A stretch of 64,000 nt of DNA. Origin: Monosiga brevicollis MX1 (Eukaryota). The position numbers and the translations under genes are program-made. Shown piece by piece: positions 1-11,200 of this stretch (within the stretch, counting starts at the first letter, position 1; each line of letters opens with the position of its first letter). Below the pieces are notes generated by a model. It made no database searches. It was given only the letters and a program-made list of their open reading frames with translations, and was not told the DNA's origin. The stretch covers positions 97,447-161,446 of the forward strand of contig NW_001865086.1 of the NCBI RefSeq assembly GCF_000002865.3. The letters are read 5' to 3'.

Positions 1-303
1 AGAGTAAATGACACTACCCACGAGAAGAACGTATCGACTTCTCTCGTCGATCAAAACGACAGACGTGTGAGGCAGGGCAAAGAGAATGGTGGGAGCTTTG
101 ACCAAGATCCTTTCGCTGTTCAGAATGGTCAAGTTCTAGGATGTGATCCGTTTGTGGTCAATTCACAAAGCAAACAGAGGAAATAGAAACAGGAAAGGTA
201 CAAAGTAAAAATGCCACTTCCGGTCTACGGGACCGTACGTATATCTCGGTGGCAGGAACAATCACAATGTTCTACAGGCTTCCTTGGCGAGCGCCGTCAA
301 GGA

Positions 304-2617
304 TCACCAGACATCATCCTGCAGTCGTTGATCACGATAGTCAGGACTGGAATCTTCCAGTGTGTTCCAGCAGCTTCTGGACATACGTCTATGCTTGTAG
401 TCCAATACCAAGCCACTCTGGTAAGGCGCAACGGTTACAGCTTTGTCGGTCCATGTGGTTGACAGAACAATGTGCGGGTTCTCGATCTTAATGTTGTGAC
501 TCATCTCAACCTTCAGCCCGGCAGCCGCACCCAGAGTCACAGGTATGATGAGGCCTGTTGCACTGCTGTTGGTCACGTTCCGCAAGGACACGGCAGTTGC
601 AGACATAGGCATATTTTGATAGACGCTTCTGGGATTGGTCGGTGAGCAGCCTGTTACACTTCGAGGCGATTGGCGTTTCGAATCTCAAGTCGTGCAGCAG
701 AGACCCACAAAATAAGATCTTGGATCGTGGTCTCAGCAAGACGGGCGTTATCGTTAGCGCCGACGAGGACCATGCCCCCACCGTTGAATCTGGTGCACTG
801 TGTGGCTTGGCCCAGGCGTATGTGGCTCAAAGTTGCAGCACCCAAGAGGGCGATGGATTCATTTTTGATGGCATCACAATCCAGTCTGGAAAAAACGCGG
901 GCAGCAGCTCCATATTGATGAGGCTCGACCACAATGTCTCGCCCCAGGGGCTCACCCTGATCGCAGGAGCCATGTATTGCGCTATCTGTCATGAAAAACG
1001 ACTTGGCCCCGCGGTTCAACCACCACCAATGCAGTACCCAAGGGCAGGTAATTGACAAGGAGGACGTTGGCAAGCTGACAAGAGCCTCCGCGCACGCGGA
1101 TCATGGTCGTTGACTCGTACATGTTGTTGTTGAAGGTGGCATTGCGCACCGTGACGTTTTGCCCAAAGGTCTCGAGGCCAACGGTGGCTTGAAGCCTTAA
1201 AGCAAACCGGTCAGAGCCCTGGAGGAGGGTGTTCCTGCTGATATGGTGAATGTAGACGGCAAGCGCCATGTTAAGCCCGACATTATCAGAGAAATGGCCA
1301 AAGACGGAATCCTCTACCAGGGTGTCGGTTCCAGAAATGTTGAGGCCATACCCTCCCAATTGCGCCAAGGACTTGACGTTGCGCATCATTGTATTGTTGG
1401 TCGATGGGCCCGGCATGATGTTGCATGTATTGAATCCAAGAGCAAAGGGGAGACCATCCGAGTTGAGGGCCCAATTGATGTTCAAGTTCTCCAACAGCGT
1501 GTCTGTGCCTTGAATCAGAAGAACGGTGGAGAGGCCAAAAAGGACGCTCTCCCGGAGTGTTGCATTGACCGCTTCCTCCTGAACGAAGATGCAAAAGTAG
1601 GCATTAACGTACACGTGGTTCGGTTGTTCCATCCGATAGCAAGTGATTTGGTCCATGAGTACGTGGCTGGCAGCCGTCATGATACCCCCGCCAAAATTGG
1701 TGGACGTCACGATATTGCGCAGCACGACGTTGGTAGCTTGCGTCGCATAAATGCTGGCATAGGTTGCGTGGAGACTTGTGGTAAAGTTTTCAACAAGTAA
1801 GTCGTTGCCGCGAACGATGGCCATTGGCGAGAAGTAGCCCATTGCGAAGCTCGCTCTGCTGGAGCAAGATGGAAACGCCAACGATGTCATTACCCTAAGC
1901 GGAAATTCCTTCGATGTTTGAGGCCCCTCCGCCGAGTGAAAAGCCATGCCAGGAACAATGGTGAGCTTCATTTTGGGACATCAAGTTGTGCCAGCCCCTG
2001 ACCCGGATGCCGATGTAGCTGCTTCTGGTGGCAACGATGCGAGACAGGGTATTGTGGCTAGCAGAAAAGAAGAGACCGCTCGCCACCTTGTTCCAACTCC
2101 ATAATCAAGCAATCGATGGTGGTGCCATTTCCATAAACGGAAAGGGCTGCGGTGGTGGTGACCGGGGACAGGGGGTCAGGCCATCAGAGTGTGGTGCATG
2201 CTCCATTGGCTCATTGGCCAGAGAGGGTGATGTTGGCGCGAGTCAGGTTGGCAAGGCCCTGAAAGACGGTGACGCTGTCCACGGCAAAGCTAATGGTGGG
2301 TGGCTGGGCAGAGTTTTCTGCCTGTGCGAGTGCCCAAGATAAGGTGCCCTCAACAGTATTGATGCCTGTTGGCATCACGGGAAGAACAGATCGAGGTCAG
2401 CCACCAAGTGTAGAGACGCGGCAAGACGGCTCGAGGAAAAAAAAAAAAAAAAAAAGCATGAGGCACACGAAGGGACAAAGTATTTTTGTGCAGTGGTCGC
2501 GTCACCAGAACAGGTCTCAAGCGGGTGCGTACCATGGTCTTCGGGTGGGGTGACGAGAAAGAGGTTCGCCTGAACGCGGCTGCTACACAGCAGCAGCAGC
2601 AACAACAACAAGGACAT
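304..2617 (-). pseudogene. Disrupted secreted right-handed beta-helix (pectin-lyase-fold-like) protein gene
   Basis: ATG 2617 with signal peptide MSLLLLLLLLCSSRVQA; intron 2532-2366; exon 2 GINTVEGTLSWALAQA resembles the GSLRxA start of beta-helix proteins. Beta-helix-like text (NVVLRNI, NATLRES, DTLLENL, DTLVEDS, NVTVRNA) continues across several frames (ORFs 1895-2086, 982-1971, 654-1073, 304-612) separated by stops and frameshifts without obvious splice sites. Confidence 0.55.
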
Positions 2618-3258
2618 CACACGAGGAGCACGTAGAGAGGCGCCAAATCTTTGCCGCACGGTTCGTGGGCTGAAGTGAAGCGGCGACCTGTCCATTGTGA
2701 CGGAGCATTGGCCAGAAGGAGCAGGAGTAGCGTGGCGGCAATCAGCTCAAACCACTTGAACAGGTTGGACCGGGACATGTGGATGAGGGCAAAGGAGCGC
2801 TGGTGAGCAACGCTGACGGGGTGGTGTTGGTATTTGAGATAGTATCGGCCCTCCAAGAGGAGGATGACGGCGTGGTCGCGGTAGGCGTCGGCGGCAGCCA
2901 AGGGATTGGTGCGTTCAAGTTGGGCAAGGCGTTGCTGCTCGAGATCCACGGCGTGGCGCTGATCGCCGAAAAACTCGCTGAGTGTGTCCATGCCGGGCAG
3001 CATACCCGAAGCTTGCCCATCGGCGCTGTCCGCGGAAGCGCCTAGGTTGGAACCATCCCCACTTGGCGGAAGGAGCGGGGCCTGGTCCTGGTGTGGCTCT
3101 GCCACGCTCTCATCAGCGGCTGGTGGCAGAGCTTCGGCCAAATGGGCGCCATCCTCATCCGTTTCAGACGTGGCCAGCAGTCCCTCGGTTGACATGATGC
3201 CCGTGCAGTTTGAGCGCACACGTGAGACGTTGAAACGTTGGGTGCGGGGTCTCCTCAG
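2617..3258 (-). pseudogene. 5' fragment of a two-pore channel (TPC)-like gene, ending shortly after TM S1
   Basis: AVILLLEGRYYLKYQHHP...NLFKWFELIAATLLLLLANAPS...HEPCG resembles the TPC N-terminal/S1 segment as I recall it (AAIYLQEG..KF.THP...LFYLMELATALLLLLL). Polypyrimidine tract and CAG acceptor at 3259; stop at 2617-2619; no further channel exons seen. Confidence 0.5.
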
Positions 3259-4261
3259 CTGAAGAGCGCAGAGCGGGATGAGGAAAAGGAGAAGAAAAAG
3301 AAGAAGGGGGGCGAGGGGGAGGAGGGAGGAGGGGGAGGAGGGAGGAGGGGAAGGAGGAAGGGGGGTGAAGAAAGATGGATAGAGTAGGAGAAGAGGGGGG
3401 AAGGGGCGGGGGGAGGTCGAGGAAGAGAATCGAGGTGGCGGAACAGGTGCATGCAAAATAAAAAGCAGGACTACCATCAAGCACATCAAATGGGGGGGCC
3501 GGGGCTATCAATCAGTCCAAGGTCATTCCCCGATCAACATACCCATGGGCATCAGCAGCAACGACACCAGCAGCAGCAACCACATCAGCAGCAGCAGCAG
3601 CAGCAGTAGCAGTAGCAGTAGCAGCCAGGTGAAGCGACAGGGCTATAGAATGTGCGTCCGCAGCTCTGCCACTGAAAAAAAGGGATCAACCCCTCGTGAG
3701 CCAACGAACGCAGCAAGCAAGCACGCTTCTCCCCCTTCCCCTCCACCCACCCACACACACACATGTATAAACGGAAGGCTGAGGCGGTTCATCAAGCCAT
3801 GAAGCCAGTGGTACGTACCAAGCAACGGCTGCGCGCGCACACGGCCCCGTCGAGACGATGAAGAGGACGACGACGTGAGCTGCCGTAAAATACGAGAGAG
3901 AGAGAGAGAGAGAGATGTGGTGTGCGTTCTCATGCAGAGACACTATCAATCTGACAGTTTTAGCCAACGGAAAGTATAACGTATATCCAGAGATGGGGTG
4001 GTGGCGTGGACGTTTGGCCAGAGAGGTGTGCGTGGTTGTTGTTTTTTCTGTTGATGATTTGCTGGGCCAACTCACCGTCTTTTTGTCAGACAAAATGAGA
4101 CGAAGGGAAGAGGGAGAGGGAGAGGGTAAAAGTGAGATATGTTTAGAGATATGAACAGGCAGGGGATGTGAGTACACGGGAAAACAAAGGCAAGAACAGG
4201 GAGAGAGAGGCGAAAAGGGATGTATCCAGAGAGACAAACATCTGCCACAGACTTTACCGAT

Positions 4262-4460
4262 TCAACCCTCTCTCCCTCAAAATCTCTCTCTCTCTCTCTC
4301 ACCTCTCTCGATCCCGAGCATAATATCTCTCCCTCTTCAAGTTTCTCTCTCTCTCTCTCTCTCTTGTGTTTTTGTGTCTTTGCTCTTTATCTCTCTCTCT
4401 CAAACCGACCAAACCAATTCAATCTCTCTCTCTCTCTCTCTCTCTCTAAATCTCTCTCTC

Positions 4461-4491
<31 letters not shown>

Positions 4492-4875
4492 AAAACTCTC
4501 TCTCTCTCCCTCTCTTTCTACCATGCCAAGCTCCAGGACGTCTGAAGGCCGGGATTGAGTTGCGAGGAAGAGAGAGGTTTGAGGGACGTCCGGGCGGGAC
4601 GGAGCGAAAGATTTGATGGTGTCTTGAGGTCAATTGAACCAGTTGTAGTCGGCAAGCATTCACAGTGGGCAGACCGTTAGAATAGCTGTAGAGCTGCTCA
4701 ATCCCGTGGAGAGGGAGAGTCACAGGAGGGCAGAGCACACCGGGGAGCACAGGGAAGACAGAATGGCAGGGGGCTTGACGTTCCTGCGGTCGGCAAGCAT
4801 TCACAGTAAGCAGCCCAGGTGTCAATCTCCCTCTCTCTAAGTCTCTCTCTAAATCTCTCTAAATCTCTCTCTCTC

Positions 4876-4906
<31 letters not shown>

Positions 4907-5115
4907 AAATCTCTCTCTCTCTCTCTCTCTCAATCCAATCTCTCTCTCTCTAAATCTCTAAATCTCTAAATCTCTCTCTCTAAATCTCTAATTGCTCTTT
5001 ATTTCTCTCTTCTCAAACCTAATCTCTAAATCTCTCTCTCTCTCTCAATCTCTAAATCTCTCTGTCTAAATCTCTCTCTCTCTCTAAATCTCTCTCTCTC
5101 TCTAATCTCTCTCTT
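4262..5115. repeat. (TC)n-TAAA compound microsatellite array, interrupted by a unique block at about 4520-4830
   Basis: Repeated TCTCTCTCTAAA units read directly. Confidence 0.9.
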
Positions 5116-5187
5116 ACTTAGGGGAGAGATGGGCAGAGCGCAGTAGAAGAGGTGAATTTATGTGCCTGCGTGTGTCTCAGGGAGTTT

Positions 5188-5188
<1 letters not shown>

Positions 5189-5266
<78 letters not shown>
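5189..5266. repeat. (CA)n microsatellite
   Basis: Perfect CA run. Confidence 0.95.
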
Positions 5267-5267
<1 letters not shown>

Positions 5268-5269
<2 letters not shown>

Positions 5270-5543
5270 CGTGCGGCGCAACTCGCGGGCGTTGGCATCA
5301 ATGTGAGACGTTGTCACCGTCAACAGTCAAACGGCCAGCGTGACTGTGTCAGCCTTTGACAGCATTTCGTTGACGGCTGCCAACGAGCTCTCCCTCTCGG
5401 GGAACGCAATAGTTATGGATAACCTTCCGGTGCTGGCGGCTGATGCAGGGGCAGCCGCCTTTCAGCTCTGCGCTTGTGCTTCGGGCCAGCTCTACCGCGT
5501 GGCAAGCGGTGCCGCTTGTGCTACGGGTGTGTCTCTTTGCTAA
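5268..5543 (+). pseudogene. Orphan terminal exon encoding a sarcoglycan (beta/gamma/delta/zeta type) C-terminal-like segment
   Basis: CAG acceptor at 5267; ...LSLSGNAIVMDNLP...FQLCACASGQLY......C......C* matches the sarcoglycan C-terminal Cys pattern (FEICVCANGRLF...C...C). An in-frame TGA or frameshift lies near 5304 and no upstream exons are visible. Confidence 0.5.
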
Positions 5544-6184
5544 GTAACCCGCCATATCCGCAGTCCAAGCTTGTTGTCCCTTGGACGTGTTTCGCGTAAA
5601 CATGTTGATATGATGTCTGTGGATGTTCCAGTCGTCTCCTCTCTTCTTCTCTGAACTTGAGCTCGTACCTGTCGCCTTGAAACCAAGTCGATTTTGATTT
5701 TGATTTTTGTTTTTTTTTCTTTACAATGTTAAAGAGAAAAGCACAGTGTGCTAAGCGCCGAAAGCCGTGAATGGAGCGGTCTTCGAAGCATCCTCAATGC
5801 CAGTGCGATGTCTGAAGGTTTGGCAGTTGGCAAGCATAAAGACGTATTTTGACTGGCAGGCAGACGCTTCCTTCACCTGCCTACGTCGCAGAGTTGCCAA
5901 GCGCGATCCAGAGAGTGCAGGGGTTGCGATGTGATGATCGCCCACACAAGCCGGGCGCCGAAATGAATCGTGAGGCACAGTTCGGCCTCTGTGATCTCAG
6001 AGTAAAGCGAGCACAACGCGCCGCGGACTTTGTGGCTGTGGCACGGGAAGAAGCCGAGATGATGCGCATCCAAGAACGATATTATTCACGCATCACTCCA
6101 GTCAGTCCACGGTCGCGTTCAAATGCTCAAAAGCGAATCATGCGAGCAGAGAGGAAAGGATCTCTCAACACCAAAACCCAATGT

Positions 6185-7400
6185 TCACACTGCCTCGAGT
6201 TTGGCATCATTCGATCGTGTATAGACCACCACCAGCTCGGGATAGATGTGTGTATGGTCGTAGATGGCCACCTGGTGAAATTCGCCACGCGGTGTAGCGA
6301 TAACCGAGTCATGTCTGTAGAAAAGGTCACAGGCAATCGTCGTGTCAGGTCCAAAGTCAACCAGAGGTACTCGCGGCTCAGAACCAACATGCAACGTGTC
6401 TGTCCGGCGCACCACTCATTGTCTGTTTGCGCCTGGCGAGAGCAGTGGGGCCAGTGCTCCACAAGGTGGTGCTTCATGGACCTAGGCATGACCCAACAGA
6501 ACTTGCGTGACAGTGAGCATGCGCTTGCCGTCGAGTCAACCGTTGGTGTACCGATGACTCTCTAAAGTCATACACAAAAGCGCATCTGGCATCAGACCAG
6601 CAGCCCATTTCGATCAAACCAGTCGCAGTTTCTAACCCCACCTTGCCAAAAATGATCGAACAAGTAAACACCGAAATCAAAACCGGTGGCTCGCGCGGCT
6701 ACCAGCAAAGCGCGGCCCAAGCGCACAATCTTATCGCGCAGCGATTGCTCGGACATGAAGCAGCCGGCGCTCTTGACAGGGTGTATCACGAAGCAAAGCT
6801 GGACAGCCCGAGAGCACATCCGAGGTGGTGGTTACAAGTCGATTATAGTGCCCCTAACTTGTGAGGCGGTGCAGCATCTTCCGTCGCTTGCTGCTGTACC
6901 GTTCCCACAGCACGGGGGTTTTGCACACGTGCCACCCGCTGCCCTGCAGCGTTACCTGGTCCTAGCCCGTCAGCACTCAGCTGCTGCAGCAGTTCAGCCA
7001 CCTAGTCACACAATAAATTCAAACCACACGGCTTGTCAAGATCAAAAGAACAGTATTATTATGACGATATCAGCAAGCAACGCACCTCTGACACGAGCTC
7101 GGGTGCGTCGCGTAAAACGTCAATGGCTGGCCCAACAACGTGGGCGTTGCACACTCTAGCCGGCGCTGAAGAGAGTTGGGCGCTGCTTGAGATTTGTTGC
7201 AAGCAGGCCCATGTTTCCTTGTACAAACCGCTCGTCGCGTCGCACATCTGCACACAAACGCCACATGTCAACAACAACAACAACAATAAGATTTGCCTCG
7301 GGCGAGAGGTCAGTCACTGGGTTCCAACTGTTGGAATTTCGCAAACTCCCAATGCTTCTCGGGTTGCTGTCAACTCGGCCATACTGCACTTTGCCATCTA
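6185..7400 (-). pseudogene. Pseudogenised 3' part (kinase end plus PARP exons) of the ANK-kinase-PARP gene family (copy C)
   Basis: Exon-by-exon homology to copies A and B (MCDATSGLYKE...[53 protein letters not shown]...LLGHA*; DSVIATPRGEFHQVAIYDHTHIYPELVV). In-frame stops, frameshifts and catalytic E to Q. Confidence 0.85.
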
Positions 7401-8281
7401 GTCCAAACAAAGCAAGCCACCACTGGGTGCATCAGTCGAGACAACATCTTGCTTTGCACATGGTCATTTGCTCGGCCGTGTCTCCAGAGTGCCAAGCTTG
7501 AGTGTGGATTAGGCTGCCAAGAGCGCTGGTCGTCTCGGCCAAGAGTCGATGAATTACTCATCCAGAAGGTCGTGGCGTACCTGAAGCGTTGGCCGATACA
7601 GGTACGTGGTCGTTTGTCGACGAAATGCAGCATAGTCGTCGGACGTGGCCAGCCTGCCTCGCTTCTCCAGCCAGCTACTCAGCCTGTGCTCCAGAAGCTT
7701 GCCCAGCAGCAAATACATGAATATCAGCATGCTGATTTCCTGGTCCATGGATGGAAAGGTATGCCGTTCATTCAGGGACAGCCAGCTGTCAGGCTCCACA
7801 GCATGTGAAAGGCCAGTTTGGGTTTGCGAGGAAGCGGGTCGTGTTGAGGAGGCGTTTTAAAAGAGGTTTGAGAGACGTCCATCGGGACGAAACAAGAGAT
7901 TTGGTGGTGTCTCGAGGTCAATTGAACCAGCTGCGGTCGGCAAGCATTCACAGTGACCAGACCAAGAGGTGTCACAACAAACAAACAAACAACAACGAAC
8001 AACGGTGAACAACAAGAATATCAGACAAGACTGTCTGCCAAGACATTGCAAAGTACACGAAGCACACGGGTCGACGCATGTGCCTCCTAGAGGAAGGGCA
8101 CGCCTCAGTTCGTGAAGGTGCGTATGTTAGTCAGGAAATGAAGTCGCACCAGCTCCATAGGGGCTCCTGTGGGAAGACCCATGGTAGATGACGCTGATTG
8201 TGTGCAAAAGCAACGGGGTGTCCATATGCGTGGGAAAGCGGCGGATTGGACGCGAACGACCACCGACTAGTCCAGCTCATC

Positions 8282-11200
8282 CTAATTGGCCGTGTAGTAT
8301 ACAACCAGCTCGGGATACATTTGGGCATTCTTAAACACCACCACCTCGTGGAATTCCCCAGAGGGTGTCGCGACGACCGAGTCATACCTAAAGAGAATTC
8401 AATGGCAAATGCAACCAGTCAGATCAGGTGGTGGACAGAGGTACCCTGCTGAAGGCAACATGCAATAGGCAGGCGATTTTGCCCGACGCACCGCTCGTTG
8501 TTGGGCGCAGCGGGCAGGAGCGGTGGCGCCAGCGCCCCAGAAGGAGGTGATGGATGGACAAAGGCATGACCCAACAGGGCTCGCGTGATGATGAGCATCC
8601 GTTCGCCGTTGGGTCCAGTATTGGTGTACCGGTGACTCTGAGATCATGTAAGCACATTGCGTCAGCACCACAGCACTTGGGTAAACAGGCGAGATTGACA
8701 GCCAGCGCAGCGCTGCCCTACCTTGCCGGGATGGTCCGTCAAGTAAACACCGAGACCGAATCGGTGGCCGACATTTTTACCCGCAAAGCGATAGTCAAGG
8801 CCCAGGCGCACAATCTTGTCGCGCAACATTGTGTCAGGGGCGATGCCGTGGAGCAACAGGCGCTCTTGACAGGATGCATCGCGAAGCAGAGCTGGAGAGC
8901 CCGAGGGTGCATCTAATGTGGACGTTTGGAGTTGATCATAGTGCTCTTCATTTTCGATACGATGCAACATCTCTCGTCGCTTGGCGCTGTAGCGCTCCCA
9001 CAGCACGGGGTTGTGCACGCGCTCCACTCGTTGCACTGTGATATTCGCTGGTCCCCGCCCATCGGTGTTCAGCTGCTTCAGTAGCTCACCCACCTAGCCA
9101 CCCAGTAGGTTCAAATCAGACGATTCGTGGAAGAGAGAAAAAAAATCACAAGCAACGCACCTCTGAAATGAGCTCGGGCGCATCGCGCAAGACATCAATG
9201 GCTGGCCCAACAACTTGGGTCGTGACAGGTCGTTCTGCGAATTGCCCGGCGCTGAAAAGGCTTGGCCGTTGCTTTGGATCTGCTGCCAGCAAGGCTTGCG
9301 TTTCCTTGTACAGATCGCCCACTATGTCGCACATCTGCACAGAAACACAGGTATGAGCAACTACAACGACAACGACGACGACGACGACAACCAGAGCGTC
9401 TTAAAATCATAGAGAAAAAAATAATAATTGACTGACCTCGGCCGCCAGATGAGGAAAGCTAAAGGCACCATCTCCCGCTTGGAAATTCCATCTGCAATGA
9501 CCCACAACCTCATCGGTTCGCGACTGAGCCGGCGGCACCGTTTGTGGGAACATGTAGGTGTTGTATAGCACACAGCCAAAGGAAAAGGCATCCTGTGCTG
9601 GACGCGCCCCCACTCGGCCCCGGCCAAAAAGCACTTCGGGTGCCACATAGCCCGCCGTGCCCGACGATGCGGTGGCCGTAGATGGTAGCATGGTGGCTTC
9701 AGCGGCGGCCTTGGCAATGTCAAAATCGCCCAGCCGCACAACAGGTTGGTCCTCTGCACCGTCCAACATGATGTTGCTCAGCTTGACATCCCGATGCACC
9801 AAGCCCTTGCTATGCATAAACGCCAGCGCCGTGCGCAGCTGATTCATCAGATTCGAAATCACGGTCGAGGTGGCCATGTGGCGTGCCTTGCTGAGCCACT
9901 GCTGCAGATCCCCCTGTGCACACCATGGCTGCACCAAATAGGCGCTCGGGTGGCCACTGTGTACGTCCACGAGCGCGCCGAGGACCGGGATGATGTGTGG
10001 GTGCTTAAGCTGGCGCATGGCGCGAAGCTCGCGCAAGAATGTACGGCACTGATCCTGCTTATGTTGGCGAGCAAATGCATACTCCTTGACGGCCAAATCT
10101 TGTTCCCCAGAATCTTTCAGCGCGGCACGGGCCTTGTACACCTTGTGGTTTTGGTTGTAATGAAGATCAAGCTGGCCCAGGCTGGAGAGCGACAATGTGC
10201 GATCCACTTCGGTCATGGCCTCCAAGATCAGGCTGGCTGGAAGGTCGGGCCCAAGCACTGTGCGGAGGCGCGCTCCCAGCCTGCTTTGTTCAGGGTGCAA
10301 AAAGACCAGCAGCGCTGGAAAGTGTTGGTGCAGCAGCTGAGCAAGCTCGGCGACGTGGTCCACGTGAGACTGATTTGATAATTGTTGTCGCAAGGTGTCG
10401 CGTCGCTTTTCTAGCTTTTTGAGGTCCTGCTCGAGACCAGACCGAACAGTTTCGGGCAGATGTTGTAGAGCCGTGTGAAATCCTTGAATCTCGGTCTCCA
10501 CCTTGGTTAGTTCCTCGTGGGCAGCAACCGATTCATCATCGACGTCTTGGTTTAAGCTGTCCACGTGCCTTATGCACGAGGTCAACACGGACAGCGTCGT
10601 GGCTTGCCAGTCGATCATGTCTTGCAACTGCTGCACCAGGGCTTGCGCCTCGTGAAGCGCAAACGCCAGATACCAATCTTGATTCTCATAGTCGTGCTCG
10701 ACTCTCCATGTTATCAGCTGCTCCAGGCCGTTCTGCTCGGGCAAGCTCAGCCTTTCGTGGGCTTGGCACAGCTCCTCCCAGGCCTTGGGCAATGCCTCGG
10801 CTGAAGGTGGTGCACTCACATCCAAGCCTTGCGCACACTGCTCTAGTGTGTCCACGCGATGGTCCGTGTCGGTGGCTCCCGCTCTTGCCACAGCACGCAG
10901 GGCAGTAATCAGCTTCAGCACTAGCTGCTGGAGGCTGCTGTTGGCGTTGGTGAACAGTTCTATGCGCTTGGCTCCCACGTCGCGTAGCATGGCAACTTTG
11001 TCCAGGGCTGCACTGAGGTTGGCGGGTGGCGTTTCGGGTGCCATTGTCAGCGTGGTGGGTGGAGCGGGGCACGCTGCCAGCACGTCCTGAAGCTCGAGAA
11101 GCACCGGCTGCAGCTCAAAACCAGCAGTGACATCATGCAGCTCTTGCAGCACTGCTTCTAGGTTGTCAGTGTTGGGGTCCAATTGACCCAAGCGGTTGTT

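Noticed and set aside
4262..5115. Telomeric array
   Set aside because: Units are (TC)n-TAAA with variable n, not a fixed telomeric motif; the same type recurs internally at about 54430-54610.
5849..6565. 238-aa plus-strand ORF
   Set aside because: No recognisable motifs and partly antisense to the PARP pseudogene exons.
9746..10378. Antisense 210-aa ORFs conserved in both copies (also 39539-40171)
   Set aside because: Shadows of the kinase exon; conservation follows from the sense-strand duplication.
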